A stretch of DNA of 41,252 nt from Nanobdellota archaeon (GCA_038046345.1 JBBSWJ010000020.1:14425-55676), one strand, 5' to 3'; counted from the stretch's first letter, positions 30,223-38,147 are shown. Notes: generated from the letters alone by a model not told the origin. Made by a program: numbers and translations.

Positions 30223-31199
30223 TGCAGCTGAACTATGAATCAATAATACAAAAAATAATTGAGATTACTGGGAAGAATAGAGCGGAAGTTGAGTCTAAGA
30301 TTCAACAAAAAACAAAAGAACTTTCTGAGCTAGTTAGCAGGGACGGAGCTGCACATATTGTGGCTAATGAGATGGGAGTGAAGTTATACGACCTTTTTTC
30401 AAAAACTAGCTATAAGGTTAAAGAATTAAAAGCTGGGCTGCAAAATGTTGAACTTGTGTCAAAAATTGTGGAGAAGTATGAAACCAGGACCTTTAAGAAA
30501 AATGAAAGAACAGGAAGGGTTGCATCAATGTTAGTTGGTGATGAAACAGGAATGGTAAGAGTAGTTATATGGGATGAAGTGCTTATCAATAAAAGTGATG
30601 AGATAAATGTGGGGGATATTATAAAATTACAAGGTGGATATGTTAAAGAAAATAATGGATTTAGAGAGGTACATGCAGGAAGTAAAAGTATTTTAGAAAT
30701 TAATCCTGTTAATGAGAGTGTAGGGGAAGTTACCGGTAAACATGAGAGGAGTGTAACCAGCAAGAGTTTAAATGCTCTTGAAGTAAATGATTTTGCTGAA
30801 GTAAGAGGGACTATTGTACAGTTGTTTGATCCTAAGTTTTATCCAGCATGCCCTGAATGCAATAAAAAAGTACAAGATGGTAAATGTGTGAGCCATGGGG
30901 TGGTAAAGTTTAACTTTGTGCCAATACTTAATTTTGTTTTAGACGACGGGAGTGATAACATCAGGGTTGTATGCTTTAGGGATGTTGTAGGAGAGGTTAT
31001 TGGCGTTGAGAAAGAAAAGGTGCAAGGTTTTATGGATAATCCTGCTTCATTTCAAGATTATAAGAATAAGATACTTGGCAGACAGTTTGTGCTAAATGGC
31101 AAGGTAACAAAAAACATGATGTTTGATAGGTTAGAATTTACAGCTAGTAAAGCCCAAGAATTAAATGTGCAAGAAGCTTTGCAGGATATTATTTCTTAG
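30222..31199 (+). CDS. rpa: Replication protein A (OB folds plus Zn finger)
   Basis: LVSRDGAAHIVANE, GRVASMLVGDETG..RVVIWD, CPECNKK..CVSHG, LDDGSDNIRVVCF. Confidence 0.92.
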   Translation: MQLNYESIIQKIIEITGKNRAEVESKIQQKTKELSELVSRDGAAHIVANEMGVKLYDLFSKTSYKVKELKAGLQNVELVSKIVEKYETRTFKKNERTGRVASMLVGDETGMVRVVIWDEVLINKSDEINVGDIIKLQGGYVKENNGFREVHAGSKSILEINPVNESVGEVTGKHERSVTSKSLNALEVNDFAEVRGTIVQLFDPKFYPACPECNKKVQDGKCVSHGVVKFNFVPILNFVLDDGSDNIRVVCFRDVVGEVIGVEKEKVQGFMDNPASFQDYKNKILGRQFVLNGKVTKNMMFDRLEFTASKAQELNVQEALQDIIS

Positions 31200-31592
31200 T
31201 TAGTAATTAATAATTTTTATCTCTGGGATGTTTTGAAAGTGTTTAACATTTTTTGTAATTATCTGGTTGACACCATTAGCTAAGAATATACCTGCAATTG
31301 TACAATCAAACTTGCCTATACTTTTTCCTTTTTTTGTAAGTGAAGTTGAGACCTGTGATGCTCTTTTACATGCTTCACAAGTAAGTTGGAAATTTAGGAA
31401 AGTATTAAAGAAGGTATCATAATAGTGTATTTCGTTTTCGAAGTTTTTATTTGAAAAGTCTATCCCAAACATTAATTCTAGATAACTAAGTTGAGTTACT
31501 GTAAGTGGCTCTTTTAGTCCCAATAACTTTTTTTTAATTGCTTCATTTCCTTTAAATATGTCAATAATTGCTGATGTATCTAAGCCTATCAT
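31200..31592 (-). CDS. vapC: PIN-domain VapC toxin
   Basis: LDTSAIID, SYLEL, DCTIAG, ITKNVKHF. Confidence 0.93.
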   Translation of the reverse strand: MIGLDTSAIIDIFKGNEAIKKKLLGLKEPLTVTQLSYLELMFGIDFSNKNFENEIHYYDTFFNTFLNFQLTCEACKRASQVSTSLTKKGKSIGKFDCTIAGIFLANGVNQIITKNVKHFQNIPEIKIINY

Positions 31593-31801
31593 GATAATTT
31601 CTCTTCAAAGGATTCTCTTAATCCTTTTATTGAATCTTCTTTACTGCCCCAATCAAGTTCTTTGAGTACCCCAAAGAACTGTAGTATACTTTGTTCCTGC
31701 TTCTTAAATTCTAAGATTGCTTCTGAAAAACTCTTGTCTCCTTTAATGGAATTGAGGAACTCATACGCTTCTCGTTTTATGGATATGTTTATGCTGGTCA
31801 T
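31589..31801 (-). CDS. vapB: VapB-type antitoxin (DUF217-like)
   Basis: TSINISIKREAYEFL..KGDKSFSEAI; ATGA overlap with vapC. Confidence 0.88.
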   Translation of the reverse strand: MTSINISIKREAYEFLNSIKGDKSFSEAILEFKKQEQSILQFFGVLKELDWGSKEDSIKGLRESFEEKLS

Positions 31802-31895
31802 TGGTACTCATAGTATGTACATATATATAAGCGTTTTTATTCTATAAGCTGGTTGATTAGCGTCATCTATTTTTATTAGATTTCGGCAATTATTA

Positions 31896-31908
31896 TGAAA
31901 ATATTTCA
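31896..31908. promoter_or_regulatory. Palindromic site TGAAA-ATA-TTTCA
   Basis: Exact palindrome; overlaps the stop codon of the 90-aa ORF. Function is inferred. Confidence 0.55.
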
Positions 31909-32178
31909 GCTTATAAGAGTTAATCTTACTAATTTACCCAAGCTGTTGTAAGTTGCCGTGTAACTACGTTTGACATAGTCTATTAAATCAGAATGATCAT
32001 CTGTGTAAGTAATAACTGGCTTTTTTAGATAAGTTATTCCCAAATATGCGCATAAATTATTCATGAATGAATGTCTTCGTCTGGTGACTTGAAAATCGTA
32101 GTCTAATGCTGATAGTAATCCTTCTTCGAGGTTTATTTTAGCTAGTTTGTTAAAGTGTTCTTTTGTGTTGACTTTCAT
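31906..32178 (-). CDS. Hypothetical protein
   Basis: 90-aa ORF with TATA-like TATATTAA about 25 bp upstream; no recognised motif. Confidence 0.5.
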   Translation of the reverse strand: MKVNTKEHFNKLAKINLEEGLLSALDYDFQVTRRRHSFMNNLCAYLGITYLKKPVITYTDDHSDLIDYVKRSYTATYNSLGKLVRLTLIS

Positions 32179-32225
32179 ACCTGTGTAAATATTATTATTC
32201 TTAATATACCTTATTTCTAAAACTA

Positions 32226-32259
32226 TGAAAATGTTTCAGGTTATATTGAAAAGATTTCA
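32226..32259. promoter_or_regulatory. Tandem palindromic sites TGAAA-ATG-TTTCA and TGAAA-AGA-TTTCA, 21 bp apart
   Basis: Two exact copies between divergent promoters, both followed by G like the 31896 copy. Function is inferred. Confidence 0.65.
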
Positions 32260-32335
32260 GTTTTTTTGAGTTATTATAAAAAATAATTATGAAACTTTAT
32301 GTAATGCTTATAAGTAATATTAGCGCATTAAACGT

Positions 32336-32803
32336 ATGATGTATCAAACTCACCGGTTGATTGGTGTTTTATTAGGGCTTGTTATTTATGTAAACTTTAA
32401 TTTAGATCATAAGATATTATTCTTTACTGCTATTTTGTTAGGTAGCATATTTGTTGACATCGACGAACCGAGGAGTTTTATAGGGAGAAAATTAAAACTA
32501 TTGTCCTGGCCGATCAAGTGGATGTTTGGGCACAGAGGAATATTTCATAGTATGTTTATGGCGTTATTGTTATCAGCTTTGATATACCATTTTTTGGAGG
32601 AATATTCTGGTATAGGTTTTTTTGTAGGTTATTTAGGGCATATCATAGCAGATGGTATAACCCTGAGCGGTGTTAAAATTTTTTATCCACTGAGTAAAGT
32701 AAGTTTAAAAGGGTTTATCAGAACTGGAGGGATGTTAGAAAAATTATTGTTTTTTGTATTATTAATTGTAACCATATGGACTGTTATAAAATTCGTGTTA
32801 TAA
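32336..32803 (+). CDS. YdjM/DUF457-family membrane metal-dependent hydrolase
   Basis: QTHRLIG, FVDIDEPRS, GHRGIFHS, GHIIADGIT, several TM helices. Confidence 0.9.
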   Translation: MMYQTHRLIGVLLGLVIYVNFNLDHKILFFTAILLGSIFVDIDEPRSFIGRKLKLLSWPIKWMFGHRGIFHSMFMALLLSALIYHFLEEYSGIGFFVGYLGHIIADGITLSGVKIFYPLSKVSLKGFIRTGGMLEKLLFFVLLIVTIWTVIKFVL

Positions 32804-32957
32804 GCGGTTATTGTGCGAGGTGTATTGTGATTTTGAATATATCCAAAAGCCCTTCAAAAATAGCCCCAAAACTTTTAAAAAGTATGTTTATACTTTGAGA
32901 TCATTATGCTGGTGAAACTAGCATCAAATACTGGATGTAATAATCCTAATTAAAACG

Positions 32958-33545
32958 ATGAAGGACTACACTCAATTTTCTTTTATTTTTATTGGTGATA
33001 CACATGGATTCTTAGATGATTTTAGTAAACAAAAAGAAATCATTAAAAAAACACAACCAGAAATAGTACTCTCAGAGCAATTACAGCATATTAACCTAGA
33101 AAGCCCAGAAGACTATGAGAAAATTCAACAAGAAAAAAAAATTTCCAACATGGTTGCTTACGAAGAAGTAGAAAAACTTATAGCCCTCTGCAAAGAACAG
33201 AGCATAAAACTCAAAGGATTTGATCTAGAAACCTTTGGGTTTGATAAAACCCTTCAAGAAGTAATCCAAGGAAAAAGACTACCAACGCATGAAGAAGAAC
33301 AAAAAATAGAAGAAATTGTTAAAAAAAGAACACAGCATCATCTCAAACTTCTCAAAGATAATGAAAACACTTCACAAAAACCAATAATTGTAATACTAGG
33401 AACATTCCACCTCATAGACGAGGGGGAAATAGTCAAAACTGTAAAAAACTCACTGCTCATACGGCCAACAGACAAAGAAGGAAAATTACTTTTAGAACCA
33501 CCAGAAACCATAGAAGGAATAACCTACACAGAAACAACTAGATAG
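32958..33545 (+). CDS. Hypothetical protein, possibly TraB/ChaN/Tiki-like alpha/beta fold
   Basis: FIFIGDTHG, EIVLSEQ, IIVILGTFHL; fold assignment is tentative. Confidence 0.55.
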   Translation: MKDYTQFSFIFIGDTHGFLDDFSKQKEIIKKTQPEIVLSEQLQHINLESPEDYEKIQQEKKISNMVAYEEVEKLIALCKEQSIKLKGFDLETFGFDKTLQEVIQGKRLPTHEEEQKIEEIVKKRTQHHLKLLKDNENTSQKPIIVILGTFHLIDEGEIVKTVKNSLLIRPTDKEGKLLLEPPETIEGITYTETTR

Positions 33546-33624
33546 AATGCTATATCTTCACGTCGTCATGTCAAATGAGAGTATCATTTATAAGTAATAT
33601 TCTCTTTAAAGTTGATTAACTCCT

Positions 33625-33735
33625 TGAAATAAAAACCGAAAGGAAGGGAGAATTAAGTATAAACAAACTGAAAGATATTCAAGAATTCTTCCTAAATATT
33701 ATTTAAGGAGATTATGAAATAAAAACCGAAAGGAA
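33625..33735 (+). repeat. Two exact 21-bp direct repeats TGAAATAAAAACCGAAAGGAA (33625-33645, 33715-33735)
   Basis: Directly readable; period 90 bp; each holds a CC-GAAA-GG mini-hairpin. Confidence 0.92.
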
Positions 33736-33743
33736 CAAAGGAG

Positions 33744-34019
33744 ATGAAAACTATGCAAGGACAAAAACCAATTAAAAAATTTAGATCAGGAAACTTTGAA
33801 TTAGCATTTTGGGAGAATGAAAAACCAGTGAATGATGTACTTGTTTCATTTAAAACAATGTCATTATCCAGAAGTTTTAAGAAAAAAGAAGAAGACATAT
33901 GGAGAAATGAACTGATACATCTAAGAAGATCAGACATACCCAAACTATTAGCTTTATTACAAAAAGGGTTGGAAGAAATGTATCTAAATGAACAAAATGA
34001 CCGCGAGGAGGAAGATTAA
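33744..34019 (+). CDS. PC4/Whirly-like putative ssDNA-binding protein
   Basis: KPIKKFRSGNFELAFWEN...SLSRSFK...LRRSDIPKLLALLQK with acidic tail; SD AAGGAG; family assignment from recalled pattern. Confidence 0.65.
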   Translation: MKTMQGQKPIKKFRSGNFELAFWENEKPVNDVLVSFKTMSLSRSFKKKEEDIWRNELIHLRRSDIPKLLALLQKGLEEMYLNEQNDREEED

Positions 34020-34020
34020 A

Positions 34021-36186
34021 ATGGCAGAAACAAATATACAAGATCTTCCAGGAGTAGGCGCAGCAACAGCTGAAAAGTTGGTAGAAGCTGGATATGATAA
34101 TTTAATGAGCATTGCTGTGGCAAGTCCAGGACAAATAACAGAAGCAAGCGGAGTAGGAGAAGCAGTAGCAAGAAAGATAATCAGAGCAGCAAGAGACAGA
34201 TTGGATATGGGCTTTGAATCAGGAGCAGACCTACTTAAGAAAAGGGCAGAAATAATAAAGATACGCACAGGGCATGCAGGGTTTGATACATTATTAGGCG
34301 GCGGGTTTGAAACAGGCAGCATCTCTGAGTGCTTCGGAGAATTTGGCTGTGTGTCACATGATACCATGCTCACCCTTGCAGATGGTTCTATGAAAACATT
34401 TTTAGAAATTGCAGATGGTAGACCTGCAGGTGAATACGCGGTTGAGATACCTATTACCACTTGGTTTAATAATTCCTTAAGCAAAACCATGACAAAAACC
34501 CTTTTTATCTATGACTGCCCAAAACTTGTTAATATCACCTTAGAAGATGGTAGAGCGCTTAAGGTCACACCAAATCATCCCTTGATGACACAGGATGGCT
34601 GGAAAAATGCTTCTAAGTTAACTAATGGTGAAAACCTTGTTGTAAGTTGGCATCAAGAATTTCCGAAAGACCTTGTAAGATTATCAACAAAGATAAATTT
34701 ACATAAGAAGGCACCAATAAGTAAGGTTAAGAAAGTAAACCTACCACCTCATCTTACAGAGTCTCTCGCAAGGATTATAGGATATCAACTTGGAGAGGGT
34801 TGGAAGGAAAAAATGAGTAAAACTGGAGGAATTACTAGAGTTTCTTTTGGGTCTTCAACTCAAGAACTTCTTGATTCATGGAGTGATGCTGTTCAAGAGG
34901 TATTTGGTATAAGCCCATCATTTAGGAAAAAAGAGAATAATACAACAACTCTCGCTATAGATTCTGTGATGGTTGGAGAATTCTTGAAACAGTTTGATGG
35001 TCTTTATAGGTTAGCTAAAAATAAGGAGGTTCCAGGTCAAATAATGAAATCTCCCAAAGGGGTTATCACAAGTTTTTTAGCTACGCTATATGACTCTGAG
35101 GGTTATTCAAAATTAGAGCATGGAAAAGGTAAGAAGACTGCGAAGTGGTTACTAAAGGATGGAACTGAAAAAAAAAGAGAATACCTTTTGGATAAAAAAG
35201 GTAAGTCTGTTGAGCTGAGAAGCTCAAGCTTAGCTCTCATTCAGCAGGTGCAACTCCTGCTTTCAAAGTTTAGGATAAAGACTAGTATAACCAAAGATTA
35301 CACTAATGGCTTTGTTTGTTATAAACTTCATATTTATAGACAGCTATACATACAGAGGTTCTATGACAACATTGGTATAAAGACTATAAGACTAAGGGGT
35401 AAGATAAGTGATATACTATCTCAGTATAAAAATGAAATAAAAACTTTAGATCTTAACGTTCTTAAGATAAGGTCTATAGAAGAGGTCAATAATGAACATG
35501 GAAAAGTATACGATATTGAAGTGCCTCAAACACATAGCTTTTTAGCAAACAATGTGGTATCGCATAATTCTAGTAAGAGCCAGATAGCACATGTGTTAGC
35601 AGTACAAGTACAAATCCCAAAAGACAAGGGCGGTCCTGAAGGTAAATGTATATTTATAGATGGAGAAAATACGTTTAGACCTGAAAGGATAATACAGCTT
35701 GCAGAAGGCGTTGGTATGAATCCAAATGAGGCGCTAGATGGAATACATGTAGCAAAAGCATTTAATTCAGACCATCAAATGTTATTAGCTGAAAAAGCAG
35801 AAGAATTATTAAAAAAAGACCCAACAATAAGATTGATTGTGGTAGATAGTTTGACAAGCCACTTTAGAGCAGACTTTATAGGAAGAGGACAGCTAGCAGA
35901 CAGGCAACAAAGATTGAATAAACATATGCATGTACTGATGAGAATGGCAAATCAATACAATGTTTGTGTTTATGTGACTAATCAGGTCATGGCAAAACCA
36001 GATATGTTCTTTGGGGATCCAACTGCTGCAATTGGAGGAAATATAGTTGCCCATAACTCTCAGGTAAGAATCTATTTAAGAAAAGGCAAAAAAGGATCAC
36101 GAGTTGCGAAACTAATTGACAGCCCGTATTTACCGGATGGCGAGACTGCGTTCATGGTAACAGATGGCGGATTAAAAGAAATTTAA
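34021..36186 (+). CDS. radA: Recombinase RadA precursor with intein (721 aa; 314 aa after splicing)
   Basis: HhH DLPGVGAATAEKL, GGGFETGSISECFGEFG/SSKSQ, FIDGENTFRPERI, VVDSLTSHFR, RGQLADRQQ, YLRKGK; SD GAGG before ATG 34021. Confidence 0.97.
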   Translation: MAETNIQDLPGVGAATAEKLVEAGYDNLMSIAVASPGQITEASGVGEAVARKIIRAARDRLDMGFESGADLLKKRAEIIKIRTGHAGFDTLLGGGFETGSISECFGEFGCVSHDTMLTLADGSMKTFLEIADGRPAGEYAVEIPITTWFNNSLSKTMTKTLFIYDCPKLVNITLEDGRALKVTPNHPLMTQDGWKNASKLTNGENLVVSWHQEFPKDLVRLSTKINLHKKAPISKVKKVNLPPHLTESLARIIGYQLGEGWKEKMSKTGGITRVSFGSSTQELLDSWSDAVQEVFGISPSFRKKENNTTTLAIDSVMVGEFLKQFDGLYRLAKNKEVPGQIMKSPKGVITSFLATLYDSEGYSKLEHGKGKKTAKWLLKDGTEKKREYLLDKKGKSVELRSSSLALIQQVQLLLSKFRIKTSITKDYTNGFVCYKLHIYRQLYIQRFYDNIGIKTIRLRGKISDILSQYKNEIKTLDLNVLKIRSIEEVNNEHGKVYDIEVPQTHSFLANNVVSHNSSKSQIAHVLAVQVQIPKDKGGPEGKCIFIDGENTFRPERIIQLAEGVGMNPNEALDGIHVAKAFNSDHQMLLAEKAEELLKKDPTIRLIVVDSLTSHFRADFIGRGQLADRQQRLNKHMHVLMRMANQYNVCVYVTNQVMAKPDMFFGDPTAAIGGNIVAHNSQVRIYLRKGKKGSRVAKLIDSPYLPDGETAFMVTDGGLKEI
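34348..35568 (+). mobile_element. Intein with LAGLIDADG homing endonuclease (407 aa)
   Basis: Starts CVSHDT; block B LKVTPNHPLM; LAGLIDADG-like IIGYQLGEGW and FLATLYDSEG; VYDIEVPQTHSF; ends SHN before Ser+1. Confidence 0.96.
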
Positions 36187-36821
36187 ATTTTTATTATTTT
36201 TTTTAATTCTTTAAAACTAGAAACATAATAATCAAAACCATCAGCTTTCTTAACTCCCGGGCGTAAAGACTGAATGGTAATTGCTCCAAGATCTTTGCCG
36301 GCCTTTAATTCAAAACCTTCCTCAGCACAGTCACCAATAACTGCTACTTCTTTAGGCTTTAAATTGTATTTTTTCATAAGCTGCTCAAAAATAAGTTTCT
36401 TACCTTTAGCATGGCCATAATCGTCAACTTCATCAACAATTATTTCATTAAAGTATTTAGAGATGTTTAAAACTTTAATTTTACTATGTTGATATTCATA
36501 AAAACCACGAGTTACTAGTATCTTAGTAAGTGGCAAGTCATTTAAAACAGCAACGTCATTAAAAGGTTTAATAGTTGGAGGGGCTACTAACTTTCTATAA
36601 GCTTTTCTTAAGTTACAAGCATAGGCCTCCGAAAAATTATATATTCTTGCAACTTTGTTAACACTGGTATCAAAAATAAGTTTTTTTACTTCTTCAACTG
36701 GTTTGTCTTTGAGATTCTCATGGGTTATTAAGATGGACACAATTGGGTTAAATATATCTATATCAATTGTATCAGTCTCAAAAATACAATCATCCAAATC
36801 AAAAAATATTGCTTTTATCAT
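36183..36821 (-). CDS. HAD-superfamily hydrolase
   Basis: Motif I FFDLDDCIF, motif II LVTRG, K...IGD; start 36821 because the longer track ORF runs through a tRNA. Confidence 0.9.
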   Translation of the reverse strand: MIKAIFFDLDDCIFETDTIDIDIFNPIVSILITHENLKDKPVEEVKKLIFDTSVNKVARIYNFSEAYACNLRKAYRKLVAPPTIKPFNDVAVLNDLPLTKILVTRGFYEYQHSKIKVLNISKYFNEIIVDEVDDYGHAKGKKLIFEQLMKKYNLKPKEVAVIGDCAEEGFELKAGKDLGAITIQSLRPGVKKADGFDYYVSSFKELKKIIKI

Positions 36822-36827
36822 TTTAAA

Positions 36828-36901
36828 TGAGCGAGCGAGGATTTGAACCCCGGCTATAGCCTCCGCAAGGCCATGTACTATCCAGACTATACTACTCGCC
36901 C
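36828..36901 (-). tRNA. tRNA-Arg(GCG)
   Basis: Acceptor GGGCGAG/CTCGCTC, anticodon stem TGGCC/GGCTA with loop TTGCGGA, GTTCAAATC. Confidence 0.95.
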
Positions 36902-36956
36902 AGCATTTAAAAATTAATTGGAAAACCTTTATAAATCCTATTAAGACAAAGTTGCT

Positions 36957-37127
36957 ATGGAAAAGGATCACTGCATATCTTGTAATATTGAACTAACAAA
37001 TTTAGCTGGAAGCACAAGATTCAAATGCCCAAACTGCGGTAAAAAAGAAATTATAAGATGCGTACACTGCAGGGAGATAGCAGCAAGATATAAATGTGAA
37101 GAATGTAATTTTGAAGGGCCAAATTGA
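36957..37127 (+). CDS. Small Zn-finger protein (DUF1610/HVO_2753-like; 56 aa, not in the ORF track)
   Basis: MEKDHCISC...FKCPNCG...IRCVHCR...YKCEECNFEGPN*; four CxxC-type pairs; usual position just upstream of EF-1beta. Confidence 0.92.
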   Translation: MEKDHCISCNIELTNLAGSTRFKCPNCGKKEIIRCVHCREIAARYKCEECNFEGPN

Positions 37128-37128
37128 A

Positions 37129-37404
37129 ATGGCAGATGTGATCGTTACATTAAGAGTAAGGCTTGAAAATCCAAAAATTAAACCAGAAATTATAACAAAA
37201 CTAGCCAAACAAGCGATTGAAAAATTAAACGGGAAGGTTCACGAGACTAAGACTGAACCATTGGCGTTTGGCATAAAACAATTAGTAATTATATTAACAA
37301 GAGATGAATCAATTGGATCAGCTGATGATATTGAAGAAATGGTAGGGGACATTGCCGGAGTGCAAAGCGCTGAAGTAATAGGTGTAACTAGAGCCCTTGG
37401 ATAG
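37129..37404 (+). CDS. ef1b: Translation elongation factor 1-beta
   Basis: MADVIVTLRV...EPLAFGIKQL...VQSAEV; start ATG 37129. Confidence 0.93.
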   Translation: MADVIVTLRVRLENPKIKPEIITKLAKQAIEKLNGKVHETKTEPLAFGIKQLVIILTRDESIGSADDIEEMVGDIAGVQSAEVIGVTRALG

Positions 37405-37609
37405 CATTATCATTTTTGATGTTTCTAAGCTTCTTTACTTTTTCTTTACCTTCAGTGGTTATTGCAAGCTCTTTGTAGAACCTATTAGCCATAATAATCT
37501 GTGAATCAATTAAAGGTTTAAGATGTTTAATCCAATCTTCTTGCGGGTGTGTTCTTACGTAATCTGCCCACCGCTTAATTTGATCAGCATGTGAATGGTC
37601 TCTCATCAT
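37388..37609 (-). CDS. Small conserved hypothetical protein
   Basis: 73 aa; HADQIKRWADYVRTHP...ANRFYKEL..TEGKEK, a pattern I recall from DPANN genomes beside nucleotidyltransferase genes. Confidence 0.65.
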   Translation of the reverse strand: MMRDHSHADQIKRWADYVRTHPQEDWIKHLKPLIDSQIIMANRFYKELAITTEGKEKVKKLRNIKNDNAIQGL

Positions 37610-37701
37610 CTAAGTTTCCTTATAAGGTTTTTAATTTTATTGATCTCTTTGTTATTAAGCGTTTCTCTGTAAACCCTCCTTAAATGAATTGCATCTTCAA
37701 T
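37606..37701 (-). pseudogene. Orphan 3' gene fragment IEDAIHLRRVYRETLNNKEINKIKNLIRKLR*
   Basis: Open frame with no start codon; its TGA overlaps the ATG of the 73-aa gene (ATGA); recalled similarity to the C-terminus of DPANN nucleotidyltransferase-like proteins. Confidence 0.5.
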
Positions 37702-38147
37702 TTCTCCCTTATCTTATTTACAATATTTTCAGGTAGATGTATGTTTTTACATTTGACAAAGAATGTAGGAGCTTCTGAAATGAGTTTTTGATAATCATTT
37801 GGAGCAATGTCTCTGTTAATATAATATTGACTATTGTTTCTTGCCTCAAAAGCAGTTTCAAACAATTTTAAATCTTCTTTAGGAATATATTCTTGTAAAA
37901 ATCTTTTGGCAAATTCTATAGTGCAAGAATGTATTTCACATTTTACACCAATTTGCATCATTAATGAGTAGATTGAAAAGTAAATTGCATAGTATGAGGC
38001 TGTTATTTTCCAATCTTTGCTTTTTGCTAATTTTGAAGTTTCAAGAGAATCTTCAGCTTTTTTAATATAGCCCTCTACTAAATTTTGATTTGGTTCTACT
38101 AACTCAATTCCGTTTTTCTTTTCTAAGCACCATTTTATTTTGTCCAC
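37680..38147 (-). CDS. HEPN-domain protein
   Basis: GTG start; YYAIY..IYSL, GVKCEIHSCT, ARNNSQYY (R-x4-Y variant). Confidence 0.9.
   Translation of the reverse strand: MDKIKWCLEKKNGIELVEPNQNLVEGYIKKAEDSLETSKLAKSKDWKITASYYAIYFSIYSLMMQIGVKCEIHSCTIEFAKRFLQEYIPKEDLKLFETAFEARNNSQYYINRDIAPNDYQKLISEAPTFFVKCKNIHLPENIVNKIREKLKMQFI

Noticed and set aside
33625-33735. Mini-CRISPR from the two 21-bp repeats
   Set aside because: Only two copies, a 69-bp gap too long for a spacer, and no cas genes.
33988-34020. Longer track starts for radA (33988), and likewise 4790, 2258, 26903, 37096 and 38995
   Set aside because: They overlap neighbouring genes or promoters; downstream ATGs fit SD/TATA spacing and family N-termini better.
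36822-36971. Track start of the 262-aa HAD ORF at 36971
   Set aside because: The extension runs through tRNA-Arg; HAD motif I begins right after ATG 36821.
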